Assembly: GCA_951406725.2 (NCBI GenBank)
Contig: OX597839.1
Location: forward strand, 39,122,001 to 39,186,000
Reading direction: 5' to 3'
Source of the DNA: Octopus vulgaris
Taxonomy: Eukaryota
Length of the DNA stretch: 64,000 nucleotides
Both the position numbers and the translations under genes were made by a program. Each line of letters begins with the position of its first letter. The first letter of the stretch is position 1. Under the pieces are notes generated by a model. That model saw nothing but the letters and a program-made list of their open reading frames with translations. It was not told the DNA's origin and did no database searches. Shown in pieces: positions 12,192 to 26,729 of the stretch.

Positions 12192-12655
12192 TGCTGAAAA
12201 GTTATATAGAGAATGCGTTTCTATATGAGGGGGCGGCAGAAATATATAAAGGGTGTATGAGAGAGAGAGGGGGGAGAGAGGGGTAGAGAGATAGGGAGAG
12301 ACATAGAAAGGATGTGTCAGTGAAAGAGAGGCATATAGAAAACGTATGTGTGAAAGAGATCAGAGAGAGCGAGAGAGAGTGGGGGGATGAGAGATAGAGA
12401 GAGGGGAAGGGGGAGAGAGAGAGAGGAACAGAGAGAAAGAGGTGTATGTGAGACAGAGACAGGCAAGGGGTGAAAGAAAGAGATAAACAAGATATGCGAG
12501 CGAGAAGCTGGATAGCTCGCGCGCGCGCGTGTATATGTATATGCGTGCGATATAGCTGTATGTATAAACAGACATACACAGTGTAGTTAATTGATTCACT
12601 TTGATAGACAGATAACGTATATATATATATAAACATATATAGGTTAATGAGATGG

Positions 12656-12687
<32 letters not shown>

Positions 12688-12753
12688 TTTAGACGAGTAG
12701 ATAGATAAATTGCATCTATCCATTCATCCATCCATCTATCCATCCATCCATCC

Positions 12754-12980
12754 GGCGAGCTGGCAGAAACGTTAGCGCGCCGTGCGAAATGCTTAGCGGT
12801 ATTTCGTCTGTCGTTACGTTCTGAGTTCAAATTCCGCCGAGGTAGACTTTGCCTTTCATCCTTTCGGGGTCGATAAATAAAATACCAGTTTCGCACTGGG
12901 TCGATGTAATTGACTTAATCCCTTTGTCTGTCCTTGTTTGTCCCCTCTATGTTTAGCCCCTTGTGGGTAGTAAAGAAATA
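12754..12980 (+). mobile_element. SINE family B
   Basis: Full head through AAAGAAATA. Confidence 0.9.
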
Positions 12981-13047
12981 TATCTATCTATATATCTATC
13001 TATTTATCTACCTATCTGTGTGTGTACATATATGTATGCATGTCTCC

Positions 13048-13325
<278 letters not shown>

Positions 13326-13523
13326 CTCTGCATACGTACACACACGCAGGGGAAGCTGTTTATTGCGATAATTTTAGTACGGAGAAGTTTCGATAACATT
13401 AACCAGCTGATCGCATTAACCGGAGGGGAAATAACGATTTCCTGTGCGTGCTAGCGAGCCACTAATTCTGATAACAATAACCGTATCATAACATTGTAAC
13501 TGCAATAAACAGCTACCACTGTT

Positions 13524-13573
<50 letters not shown>

Positions 13574-13592
13574 GTATATATATGTACATGTC

Positions 13593-13630
<38 letters not shown>

Positions 13631-13749
13631 CAGGGTAAAAGTTTTTCAATTTTCTCCTGGTTTACGGTATTAATGTTATTTTGCGGTTAAAGCTTTTGGC
13701 TGTTATTTCTAGTGGGTGAATGGCCTATTATGGCCGTTCCTTGATTGTG

Positions 13750-14818
<1,069 letters not shown>

Positions 14819-15015
14819 TGGTGCGCAAAGCGTCAAAGGTGAATAAAAGTTACATACATACATACATACATGCACACACACATCCACACCCACAGACTAC
14901 CCGCTTGTGTATATGTATACTTACACACTTCTGTGTATGTGTGTGTGTGTCAGAAAGAAGAAGAAAAAGGAAGAGAGAAAGAAAGGGGAAAAAGTACACG
15001 AGTGAAGATACAGAG

Positions 15016-15053
<38 letters not shown>

Positions 15054-15354
15054 CGAGAGAGAGAGGGTGGAGAGAAGGAGGTAGGGAGAGAGTGTGTTTC
15101 TGTGTGTGTGCAGAATTGCATATATTGCAGAGAAAATAAACACAAGAAGCAGCCGTGGAAAGGATGTTTGGTGCCAGTAATAGAAATTCCTACCATACTT
15201 TGGAGAGAAGAGAAAGAAGAAGAAGAACAGAAGCAAAGAAAGCCTCAAGCTCGAAAAAGTTATCTATCAGTCAGAATGTGTGAAACATTGCTTCAAACAA
15301 GGTAACAGTTGTTATGTCTTATCTTCTGGGTGTCGTCTGCCAAACGGAACAGCC

Positions 15355-15405
15355 AGACATGGCACGTGACGCGAAGTCGACCAATCGTAAATGCACGTCG
15401 AAGGA
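15355..15405. promoter_or_regulatory. Candidate cis-regulatory cluster (E-box CACGTG, CRE-like TGACGC, CCAAT)
   Basis: GGCACGTGACGCGAAGTCGACCAATCG lies in a CpG-rich, non-repeat island. Confidence 0.25.
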
Positions 15406-15560
15406 AAATTTCCAGGAGATTTCTTTGGATTTTGTTCTGTCGTTGTTGTTATTGTTATTGTAGTTTATTCTCGAAGTGAATCCTGATCAAGTAGACCCAT
15501 GACCAGTTGAGTTGGTCGCGGCTGGAATAACCGTGATCATCCCAACAGTCTAAGTGTATA

Positions 15561-15779
15561 CTCTTTACTCTTTTACTTGTTTCAGTCATTTGACTGCGGC
15601 CATGCTGGAGCACCGCCTTTAATCGAGCAACTCGACCCCGGGACTTATTCTTTTTGTAAGCCCAGTACTTATTCTATCGGTCTCTTTTGCCGAACCGCTA
15701 GGTAACGGGGACATAAACACACCAGCATCGGTTGTCAAGCAATGCTAGGGGGACAAACACAGACACACAAACACACACA

Positions 15780-15831
<52 letters not shown>

Positions 15832-15992
15832 TACAACAGGCTTCTTTCAGTTTCCGTCTACCAAATCCACTCACAAGGCTTTGGTCGGCCCGAGGCTATA
15901 GTAGAAAACACTTGCCCAAGGTGCCACGCAGTGGGACTGAACCCGGAACCATGTGGCTGGTAAACAAGTTACTTACCACACAACCACTCCTG
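15561..15992 (-). mobile_element. SINE family A, full length
   Basis: Complete reverse-complement copy with internal (TA)n. Confidence 0.92.
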
Positions 15993-16199
15993 TATATACA
16001 ACTTGGGCCGTCTTTTTGCTTCATTTGTAGCTTAGCGGAGTGATTTGAAGCAGATTTGGTTGCTATTTCTAGCAAGTTAGATAGCCACGTCAATGTGTTA
16101 TTGTCGGTGTGTGTTTGGTTGGTTCTTTTGTGTGAGTATGTCGGTTCGATCCTAATGCACAACATCTTCGACATTCTTTTTTCTTGCTAGTCCTCGACT

Positions 16200-16430
16200 G
16201 AAGGCGCCTGGCCTAGTGGTCAAACTGTTGCACTCACGATCGAAAGACGGTGGTTTCAATTTCCAGATCAGGTGGTGCGATGTATTCTCACATTTCACGT
16301 TGCTCTAATCCACTCAGCTGTGAGTTCCAGCAATAGCTGGAAAGTTAACCCTGCGACGGACTGGCCTCCCGTCCAAAGAGAGAGTTGTAAGCCCAGTCAC
16401 TTGCACGCCACGCAAATCGGGCTATGTTAG
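16200..16430 (+). mobile_element. Degenerate tRNA-SINE with V-domain-like core (family D)
   Basis: TGGCCTAGTGG head and AACCCTGCGACGGACTGGCCTCCCGTCCA, similar to 33951-34185. Confidence 0.6.
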
Positions 16431-17403
16431 GATTATGAGCATCCTAAGTCTGATTCTTCGGGGTGGTCACGCCAGATCTTACAAGAGATGAAATAGAGAT
16501 GGGATAGATGGGAAGGATTGTGGAAGCTGGATTCATATTCACTATTCGTATTCTCAGATGGTAAGAAGACTTAATCTGTTACTCTGCTTAATCCCGCATC
16601 ATCTGGTCCTTATGTACATGTAACTAAGCCTATTCTGTTTCAAAGATTCGGAGCTGGTCCCTAATCTGATAATAGCGCTTCTTTTCTTCAAGGACATGTA
16701 AAACAAAGTATCTTAGGGGACATTCTTTGCCTTCTCTCAATATGAAATAAAATGCAGCTCGTACATTCTAGGGTGCACTTTCTTCCTTAACGGGTCCACA
16801 GAATACTGGCGAAGGGTTAGTGGGACCCTGATATTAATCAGCTAACGAAGGAGACCTATTTAGTGGTAGAAACAGCAGCAAGATCTCTTTCACATTTTGC
16901 TCTCTTAAAGATAAACAATGTATTGACTAATGTTGTCCTAGATGTACAGTAGACGGGATGGTCAGGGACGTAATGTCTTTGATCGTAGTTCTATTCTATC
17001 AAAGCCGATCTGAAGCTACACAATAATGGTCTATGAGTTGGATACCATATTGGTATGCTGCATGGTATCGCAAAATCTGGATGAAGAGAGAGAGAGAGAG
17101 AGGGAGAGAAAGAGAGAGAGAGGGAGAGAGAGAGAGAGACACACACACACATAGACAGAGAAGAAGAGGAAGAGAGAGAGGGGAAGAAAGGGGCATAGGG
17201 AAGGGAAGAAAAAGAAAGATAAAATGTGTGTTTTGTACATCATCGCTCGCTGGAGGTGGCAAGAATTAAACTGTATAAAACTGACAAATGTGGTGTTTTG
17301 GTGTACTGACGTTATAAGCTTAAAAAATATCCCCTTTGTTCTACACACACACACACACGCGCACACAAGCATATATGTAAATGCATACAAATATACACGC
17401 ACG

Positions 17404-17463
<60 letters not shown>

Positions 17464-17870
17464 GGATGGGCAGATGTTCACTACAGCTGTTTCAAACGTG
17501 TTTTTAATCGAGGAAAAAAATCAATTACATAAAGTGAAAAAAAAGAAGTTTTCATCGGGTGAATTAAAAACTAATATGCAACATTTAAGATTTTTCACAC
17601 AAATTGTATATAATGGTATACTGACCCTCTCATTTCGGTGTCAGTTGAGAGAGTAAGATAGACACATATATATGTATATATATTTATATACAAGTAATCA
17701 CGTGTATCATGAACAGCATAATATAAAGGAAGCAAGTGTTCTACGTTGACAAAATGCAACAGCGACAAGGTATTTTCGTTCAAATATAGCTCCTAGTCTT
17801 ACCAACTGACTAGAATATGCTTCCCCGATGACATCTAATACCACCGAAACATGTTCGCTATTTTTCCTTC

Positions 17871-18100
17871 CGGCGATCTGGCAGAAACGTTAGCACGCCG
17901 GGCGAAATGCTTAGCTGTATTTTGTCTGCCGCTACGTTCTGAGTTCAAATTCTGCCGAGGTCGACTTTGCCTTTCATCCTTTCGGGGTCGATAAATTAAG
18001 TACCAGTTACGCACTGGGATCGATGTAATCGACTTAATCCGTTTGTCTGTCCTTGTTTGTTCCCTCTATGTTTAGCCCCATTGTGGGTAATAAAGAAACA
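17871..18100 (+). mobile_element. SINE family B with TSD GCTATTTTTCCTTCCG
   Basis: Direct repeats flank the element at about 17857 and 18101. Confidence 0.9.
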
Positions 18101-18767
18101 GCTATTTTTCCTTCCGTATAGAAAATTTTAAATACCTACTAACTGCGCCGTTCAGCTCGATGAATAAGAGGCCTTTCGTATAATAGAAAGCGGAAGGGTC
18201 CATAGTAAAGGTGGGAATTATGAGTTGTGGCAATGTACTACACTAGAATTACAACGCAGACAGAATTTCATTTCAGAGAATCAAAATTTCTCAGATGTGC
18301 TCGGTGTGTCTGTGAAGGGTGAGGGACGTGGTTGGATTTTCTTATTTCTAGAATTCACAGCCTCAACCAGACTGGTGGCTGATACTGAGTGCACTTCAGC
18401 AGAACAGTGTTTTAATAAACGCAGGGTGGTAGCGGTGTTGATACGGGTGGCGGGGGCGGCGACGACGACGGCGGCGGTGGTGGTGGTGGTGGTGGTGGGT
18501 AGCGGTGTTGCTGCTGGTGGCGGCGGCGGTGGTTGTAAGGAAATTCGTGGTGGCAGGGTAGAAGCAATGTTGCAGCTGGCGTCGGTGGTGGTGGTGGTGG
18601 TGGTTGCTAGGGGCGATGGGGGTGATGATGGCTGCTGTTGGTGGTTGCGATCGAGAAGTTGTTGCTGGTAATGGTATTAGTGGTGGATGGTTATGGTGGT
18701 GTTGCTGTTGTTGTTGGTGGTGGTAGTTAGGGTTAGTGCTAGAGGTGGAAGTAGTATTGTTGATGGT

Positions 18768-18937
18768 AACGTTGTGAGTTCAAATTCCGCCGAGGTCGAC
18801 TTTGCCTTTTATCCTTTCGGGGTCGATAAATTAAGTACCAGTTACGCACTGGGGTCGATGTAATCGACTTAATACCTATGTCTGTCCATGTTTATCCCTT
18901 CTATGTTTAGCCCCTTGTGAGTAATAAAGAAATAGGT
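18768..18937 (+). mobile_element. 5'-truncated SINE family B
   Basis: Runs from GTTGTGAGTTCAAATTCC to AAAGAAATAGGT. Confidence 0.88.
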
Positions 18938-19189
18938 AATAATGAGGGTGATAGTGATGACAATGTTGTGGGTGGCGGTGGTAGTAATGGTGACAATGAT
19001 AATGGTGGCAGAGCTATTATTAGTGTTGTTGTTATTGGTGGATGGTGATGGTATTAGTGGTTGTGGTGATGGCGATGTTACCGATTTCATTGTTGTTTAT
19101 CCCTAATTCATTCTAATGAAGCAAACCGAAGAATTTCCTGCCGTGACCACCACACCTTTTTGCGATGCACAATACACAAAGACTATTTA

Positions 19190-19541
19190 AGCTTACCAAC
19201 CACATGGTTCCGGGTTCAGTCCCACTGCGTGGCACCTTGAGCAAGTGTCTTCTACTATAGCCTCGGACCGACCAAAGCCTTGTGAGTGGATTTGGTAGAC
19301 GGAAACTGAAAGAAGCCCGTCGTATATATGTATATCTATATGTGTTTGTGTGTCTGTGTTTGTCCCCCCAGCATCGCTTAACAAACGATGCTGGTGTGTT
19401 TACATCCCCGTAACTTAGCGGTTCGGCAAAAGAGACCGATAGAATAAGTACTAGGCTTACAAAGAATAAGTCCTGGGGTCGATTTGCTCGACTAAAGGCG
19501 GTGCTCCAGCATGAACAGCATGTCCGCAGAGTAAAAGAGTA
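19190..19541 (+). mobile_element. SINE family A (5'-truncated)
   Basis: Matches other family A copies. Confidence 0.9.
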
Positions 19542-20273
19542 AGTGAATCTACCCTTATTTTCTAAGACAGTAGAGGGTGTGATTTGAGGGACTTTGGCTG
19601 CAATTTCTAGCAGATTGAACGATTGAGCAAAGGCTCAATCATTACTATTGTTGCTTTTGTTGTTTAACCCAAGGCATATTCTGTTCGAAGACAGCTGTTA
19701 TCAGAGGCATACCAGCTGTGACCATCCTGTTTAAGAGTACCTAGAACGATATCAATTGTGATCTGGCCCTCTACAACACCTATTGCTAAAGTGGAGTTTG
19801 AAGGAGATTTGGCTGCTATTACTAACCTGAGAAGCGACCACATAGTATGGTTTACCCTTGTTGTCGGAATTTGAAATTGGAGGTGGCAGCGATAATAGTG
19901 GTGTTGATTGATGATGGTCTAGTGGTGGTGGTGGTGGTGGATGATGATAATGGCATTGATGGAGAAACTAGTGATAATGGGGATAATGGCGAAGATGATG
20001 ATGATGATGATGATGATGATGAAAATGGTGATGATGATGATGATGATGACGACGACGTAGATTTCTTTTATCTCGTAGACAAAGATAGTAGCTTAGAGTT
20101 TTCGAAAGGAATATCTCCCTGGCAGCTAAACTGCTAAACAAAGAAAGAAAAAAACCCAAAAAAAACGAAACAAAAAAAATCAATTACACAACAACAATAA
20201 CAACAAAACCAATTATAATGTAGAATCTCGAGCAATTTCATTTATTTGTTTTTCTTTTTTCTCTGCATTCCAG

Positions 20274-20282
20274 ACAACAAAG
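20274..20282 (+). other. Candidate 9-nt microexon (ACAACAAAG)
   Basis: About 35-nt pyrimidine-rich tract containing TGC, then TTCCAG|ACAACAAAG|GTTAGA. Frame-preserving, with no internal stop in any phase. Confidence 0.35.
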
Positions 20283-21331
20283 GTTAGACAGTAGTATAGC
20301 ATCAAAGACGTAACCATCGTGTACGGAAATTGGTGTTTAAGAATAATCTCGGGTATCTGTACTAATATAGAGGGTATAGAAAACATTCTTCCGTGGTGGA
20401 CAACCACTGTCTGGTGAAAGGACACTCTCCGAAACGTCAGATTTTTTCTCTTTCTTGTGGCGACATCTTTGAGCTGGCGGCTCCTCTAAGTGTTTTTAAC
20501 TAGGTGGGTCCTCTACTTTCTACCTGGTCGTGTCTTTGGCTCATCGTCGTTGCGTCTTTTCCACAAATATTTCTATGGTCATTGTTCTCGTGAACTTTCT
20601 GGTTTAATATCCCCTGTCAATACCTTTAAACATGTCCCCTACCTCTCTTCCCAGTGCATTTCTCTGTAACGTTTATCTGTTGAGCTTCCTGTTAGTCCTA
20701 AGTCCTTCCACTGAAATATCTTCTTTCTTCGACCTTCTGCTCTCTGGAACTCATTACTCTCGCCATGTTTTCCTCTGGTCTATGCTAAGTTTTTTGTCCG
20801 TTGACATCTTTTGAATTCGTAGGCCCCTTCTTTTCCTTCTTTGCAGCCCCTTACACCACAGTGGCCTCAAGCCTTGTTTGGGACAAAAATCTTTAAAAAA
20901 TAATCTTTTTCTCAACAGAATGAGCGAGTAAAGAATACCAGGCTTCTACGTGGTCGACTCGATCTTCTAAAACTAGCAGTCAGAATTTTGTTATGTTAAA
21001 CATAACATAATATCTTGAACATAAGGAAGACTATTGAAAGATGTAGTTTCAGATGACAGAATGTTCGAGAAAATGTTTGGATGGTGCTGTTTGGAACGCT
21101 CTCGATCATAAGGGGCATTGATGTAGACATACCAGGGTCTAAACAACAAGAATATCGTCCTTGTAACCAGTTTTGCTAGATTCAAGACCCCACATGACAT
21201 AGGTGGGTGTCATCACCGCTACCACCATCGTTATCATCATCGTCACCATCTTTATCAACACCATTACTATCATCATCATCACCACTATCATTCATCTTCT
21301 TCATCATATATATTTATATATATTGGCATAT

Positions 21332-21661
21332 TGGGCAAGTGTCTTCTACTATAGCCTCGGGCCGACCAAAGCTTTTGTGAATGGATTTGGTAGACGGAAA
21401 CTGAAAGAAGCCTGTCGTATATATGTATATATATATTTATGTGTGTGTATGTTTGTGTGTCTGTGTTTGTCCCCTAGCATTGCTTGACAACCGATGCTGG
21501 TGTGTTTACGTCGCCGTCACTTAGCGGTTCGGCAAAGGAGACCGAGAGAATAAGTACTGGTCTTACAAAGAATAAGTCCCGGGGTCGAGTTGCTCGATTA
21601 AAGGCGGTGCTCCAGCATGGCCGCAGTCAAATGATTGAAACAAGTAAAAGAGTAAAGAGTA
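21332..21661 (+). mobile_element. SINE family A (5'-truncated)
   Basis: Matches other family A copies. Confidence 0.9.
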
Positions 21662-22734
21662 AATATATATATATGTATATATATATATATAAATATACAT
21701 ATATATGTATTTATATATATATATATAAATATACATATATATGTATTTATATATATATATATATATATAAATATACATATATATATATGGATTTGAGGCA
21801 TCTATATACATGTGTATTGTGTTTTATGCGTTTCTATAGAATTGTGTATGTGTGTGTGTGAGAGAGAGAGGGGGAGATAGAGAGAGAGAGAAGGGGAAGG
21901 AGATATAGAGAGAAAGATGGAGGGGAGAGAGATGGAGAGACTGAAAGAGGTCAACATACGCACATGTAGAACGACGTTGAAACTTGTCCAAGAGAAACAC
22001 GAGGAACGGCATACGGAGAGTTGAGGACGGTGGAAGGGCGGGAACGTTGTTGCTACTAATTTGTGAATGTGTAGGGGTGGGGGAAAGGGCGCCATCTCGA
22101 TATGATTAAGAACGGAGACAACAACAACAACAACAACAACAATTGCAATTAAGTGAAGCTGCCAGATAGAAACAGCAGCTAAGTCTCCCACAAAAATACA
22201 GCCATCTGCTAGGTAAGATTAACAATAACAACTACACCAGCATTATTAACGATTCTTCAACATCATCACCATCATCGTCATCCCCGTTACCACCATCGTT
22301 ATCATCACCATTACCATCATCACCACTATCATTCATCATCATCTTCATCATCATCACAGTTATCATAACCACTACCGATACCACCATCATCCCTATAATC
22401 TATATCGATGTGTGCATGCGCGTGTATGTGTCTTTATGTCTATGTTTGTCTCCCGTCACAACTTGGCAACCGGTGTTGGTTTGCTTACGTCCCCATAACA
22501 TAGTAGTTTGGCATAATCATACTATAGAATAAGTACAAGAGTTATAAAATAAGTACTGGGGTCGATTTGTTCCACTAAGAACCATCAAGGCGGTACTCCA
22601 GCGTGACCGCAGTCCAGCGACTGAAACAAAAGAAAATAATATATATATACACAAGCACACGTGTACATACGCACATTGCTTATGTAGATACACACATTGG
22701 TGTATATAATTATATGCATAAATATATATTCCTG

Positions 22735-22912
22735 ACTCTCGGAGCTGTGGGTTTACACCGAACAACTGCTGTCACAACTTCTGTAAACAGAGAAAAGCGG
22801 GCCAGTTTTCAAGCCGTAATGGCTATAGCGAAAGAGGTGGTATGGAAGACGCATATGAAAGGTACTGTGGCAGGCACCTTCATCTCCGGCTGTGTCTTGG
22901 TAAACTTCTTTG
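22735..22912 (+). pseudogene. Tx1/L1-like LINE ORF2 C-terminal fragment
   Basis: Translation ...AVMAIAKEVVWKTHMKG...FISGCVLVNFF resembles the (M)AKxxxW motif of Tx1/L1 C-termini. Confidence 0.5.
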
Positions 22913-22914
22913 TA

Positions 22915-23454
22915 TTGAGTTGTCCGGAAAATTCGTGCCGATTTATAGTAGCTTACCATTCGATTTATTTTAGGACATGGTTGAGTCCATAAAATAGGAT
23001 TTGACTGCACCTCCATTTAGAGCACAGTTTAAGCTATCTTTTCGTGGAAGGTTTATGTTCCTATAACCTGTGTTAATTCTGTAACCCTTTAAAATGGAAG
23101 ACAAGAAAGTTCATTTTCGGTACTTGATGCTTTGAGAACCAGACAAAAATTGCTGCACCTCGGCTGGAATATGTTACCCCACCCTCCATATTCACCAGAT
23201 ATTGCTCCTTCGGATTTCCACTTATTCAGGTCTCTGCAGAATAGCCTTAATGGTAAAAATTTCAATTCCTTGGATGACGTAAAAAGCTACCTTGATGAAT
23301 TATTTGCCATTAAACCACCTCAATTCTGGGAAGAGGGTCTTTTCAAGTTAAGGGAAAGATGGAGATGCATTGTGCAACAAAATGGTTCATATTTGATTGA
23401 TTAAAAATGTAATGGCAAGTATTTATTGACCTTTTTCTTTCCTTTAAAAATCGG
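22915..23454 (+). mobile_element. Internally deleted mariner (Tc1/mariner) DNA transposon
   Basis: TA followed by 5' TIR TTGAGTTGTCCGGAAAATTCGTGCCGATTT. N-terminus MEDKKVHFRYLML at 23094 is joined out of frame to the C-terminus. Only AAATCGG of the 3' TIR remains. Confidence 0.88.
23132..23404 (+). pseudogene. Mariner transposase C-terminal fragment
   Basis: LPHPPYSPDIAPSDFHLFRSL...LRERWRCIVQQNGSYLID contains the canonical YSPDLAP-like motif and the third catalytic Asp. Confidence 0.93.
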
Positions 23455-24469
23455 AGTGTTTGTATGAATCATACATACCATTGAAAGAAATTCAATTTTT
23501 CCTTCTGGTAATCTCTTCAGTCTCTTTCAACCTTTCCCGGTGATAAGAAGCTAGGGAATGTGTGCGCCAGGGGGCGTACCCGGACACCTGAAGACTAGTG
23601 TGAAAGTGGCAGTCATCTTCAGCTTGTTTTGGTGTTTGTGGGGGTTGTTTTATGCACCTTTGAGTTCTTAAACACCCAATGTAACATGCTGGTTGGTAGC
23701 ATAACATAGTTACAAGGTGTCCGGTAGTGTTCCTGCACCCGGATGAACTCTTAACCAGGCGATTCCAGGACAGAAAACCTGGGGGTTCCGACCAGAAACA
23801 TATAGTCCTCACTCCACAGGCAACCATACTCAATATTTTATTGCTTACTCAAGATATAGACATAAGCATGTCAACAAAATATGGCTGTAGATGCAGGAAG
23901 TATTTTAATAAAACATAAGCTTGTTACCAATAAAATATTTAACGTTGCTGTTCTAGATATTTCTATAATAAAATGTATTAGTTTCTTTATTATTTGTTCG
24001 ATAAACATCAAGCATGTATAACAAGATTTGCAAACACCACTCGACAAATGTCTTTCGTTGCAAGTGTATATATATATATATATATATATGTGTGGTTCTG
24101 TTTTGCATGAGTGCGTATGTATGTGAGGTCTGTGTGTGTCGGGCTCTTACGTCCATTTTCACTCTCATCCCCTCACTCCACTTTTCTACCTGTCAGTCTT
24201 ACACACACACACACACACGCACACACATATACATACATACATATATACGTGTGTGTGTTCCCAGTCTTCAACGCCCTCGCTCTCTTTTACCATCTCTATA
24301 TCTTTCACCCTTTCTTTCTCTCTCTCTCCATATAGACAAACACGAATATAAATACCTATACGCATAAAGTCCCTTAGATTCAACAAGAAAACCTCTGGAT
24401 GGTGGATAGACATGCCAGAAATAACAGCGAAATCTTTAATTCAACTTTTATATTCTTCCTCAACTACAT

Positions 24470-24760
24470 TACTCATAATCGTAAGGTTGCGGTTTCGATT
24501 CCTGAACCGGGCGATGCGTTGTGTTCTTGAGAAAACACTTCATTTGGCGTCGCTCCAGTCCACTCAACTGGCAAAAACGAATAGTACGTGTATTTCAAAG
24601 GACCAGCCCAAATATTATTAGATGTCACACTAAATCTCCCTGAGAACTACGTTAAAGATACGCGTGTCTGTGGAGTGTTCAGCACGTTAATTTCAAGAAC
24701 AGGCCGTTCCATTGATCGGATTAACTGGAACCCTCGTCGTCGCAATTGACGGAGTGCTAG
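24470..24760 (+). mobile_element. Degenerate SINE with family D-type head and family C-type tail
   Basis: GGTTTCGATTCC...GTTCTTGAG head followed by the CCCTGAGAACTACGTTAA...GACGGAGTGC tail. Confidence 0.65.
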
Positions 24761-24934
24761 AATGGATGTGGACCTTGATAAATCTCCATTTCATCGAAGG
24801 CATTGCTTTTATTCATCACCAACGCATAAATGTGACAATTTTAGGCAACTTCCGCTTCATTTATCTGTCTTTATTTCATTCACACAATCTTCTTACACTT
24901 ATTTATTTATTTATTTATTTATTCCTTTTTTTTA

Positions 24935-25310
24935 TACTTGTTTCAGTCATTTGACTGCGGCCATGCTTGAGCACCGCCTTTAATCGAGCAACTCGACCCC
25001 GGGACTTATTCTTTGTAAGCCCAGTACTTATTCTATCGGTCTCTTTTGCCGAACCGCTAAGTGTAACGGGGACGTAAACACACCAGCATCGGTTGTCAAG
25101 CAATGCTAGGGGGACAAACACAGACACACAAACACACACATATACATATATACGACAGGCTTCTTTCAGTTTCCGTCTACCAAATCCACTCACAAGGCAT
25201 TGGTCGGCCCAGGGTTATAGTAGAAGACACTTGCCCAAGGTGCCACGCAGTGGGACTGAACCCGGAACAATGTGGTTGGTTAGCAAGCTACTTACCACAC
25301 AGCCACTCCT
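24935..25310 (-). mobile_element. SINE family A, full length
   Basis: Reverse-complement copy. Confidence 0.92.
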
Positions 25311-25553
25311 GTTAGTTGTTAAATATGATGGACGAATTATCGCGCGCCCGTGTGTGTGCATGTATGTGCGTGTACGCACGGCCTATAATGAAATATGTAA
25401 AGGACTAATATTTATTCTGTTATCTCTTTTTGCTAAGGCGCTTAGTTACGAAGACGTAAACTAACACCAATTGTCACGAGTTTCTGAGAAGAACAGAAAG
25501 ATGCAAACAAATACCTATACTAATGTCTATATATTTTCGAGTATATATACAAT

Positions 25554-25604
<51 letters not shown>

Positions 25605-25712
25605 GGGAAAGAGTGGCGTTAAGATAGTGTGGGTGGACGTGTGTGTATGTGTCTATGTATGCATGTCTATATGTCAGTGGATTCGTGTGGATTTGTATTT
25701 GTGTGTGTGAAT

Positions 25713-25749
<37 letters not shown>

Positions 25750-25828
25750 CATATATATACATACATATATATACATGCACATATATATACATGTACATAT
25801 ATATACATGTACATATATATGCGTGTAC

Positions 25829-25862
<34 letters not shown>

Positions 25863-26027
25863 ATATACATATATATATACATATACATATATATATACAT
25901 ATACATATATATATATACATATACATATATATATATACATATACATATATATATATACATATATATACATATATATATATACATATATATATATATACAT
26001 ATATATATACATATATATATACACACG

Positions 26028-26080
<53 letters not shown>
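25713..26080. repeat. Compound (CA)/(TA)/(TACATA)/(GA) array
   Basis: Visible directly. Confidence 0.9.
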
Positions 26081-26489
26081 TGGCTATATATAAACATACA
26101 TAAACATGCATGCATTTATGTCTGTATGAACGTGTGGGTGTGTGTGTATATATATATACACACACACACATATACGTACGATTCTATCGTACGTATATGT
26201 GTGTCATTGTGTTTGTATATCTCAATGTGTATGTGTGTAATGTGCAAATGTTTCTACTTTAAACAGGTGGATTCAAAGAAATGTTAATCTGAAATTCTTC
26301 ACAAACCCCATCGCAGTTTAGTCTGCAACAATGATTGGATTAACTGAAAGGATTAGTGGAAGCAACACAAAAATTGTCGGTGCCCAATCAGCTTTGATAT
26401 ATTATTATAATATAATTACAATAGTGTCTGTTTCGTACTATCAATGCACACAAGTAACATAAATATACCTGTGCACACACATACATACA

Positions 26490-26521
<32 letters not shown>

Positions 26522-26555
26522 CATACATACATACATACATACATACATACATACA

Positions 26556-26589
<34 letters not shown>

Positions 26590-26676
26590 CATACATACAT
26601 ATATATACATACACACACACGCACGTCTAATATATACATAGAGATACGTGAATAAAAATGTCTGCATGTGCGTGGT

Positions 26677-26729
<53 letters not shown>

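Noticed and set aside
15379-15398. ER-stress element (CCAAT-N9-CCACG)
   Set aside because: The spacing and the CCACG half-site do not match the consensus.
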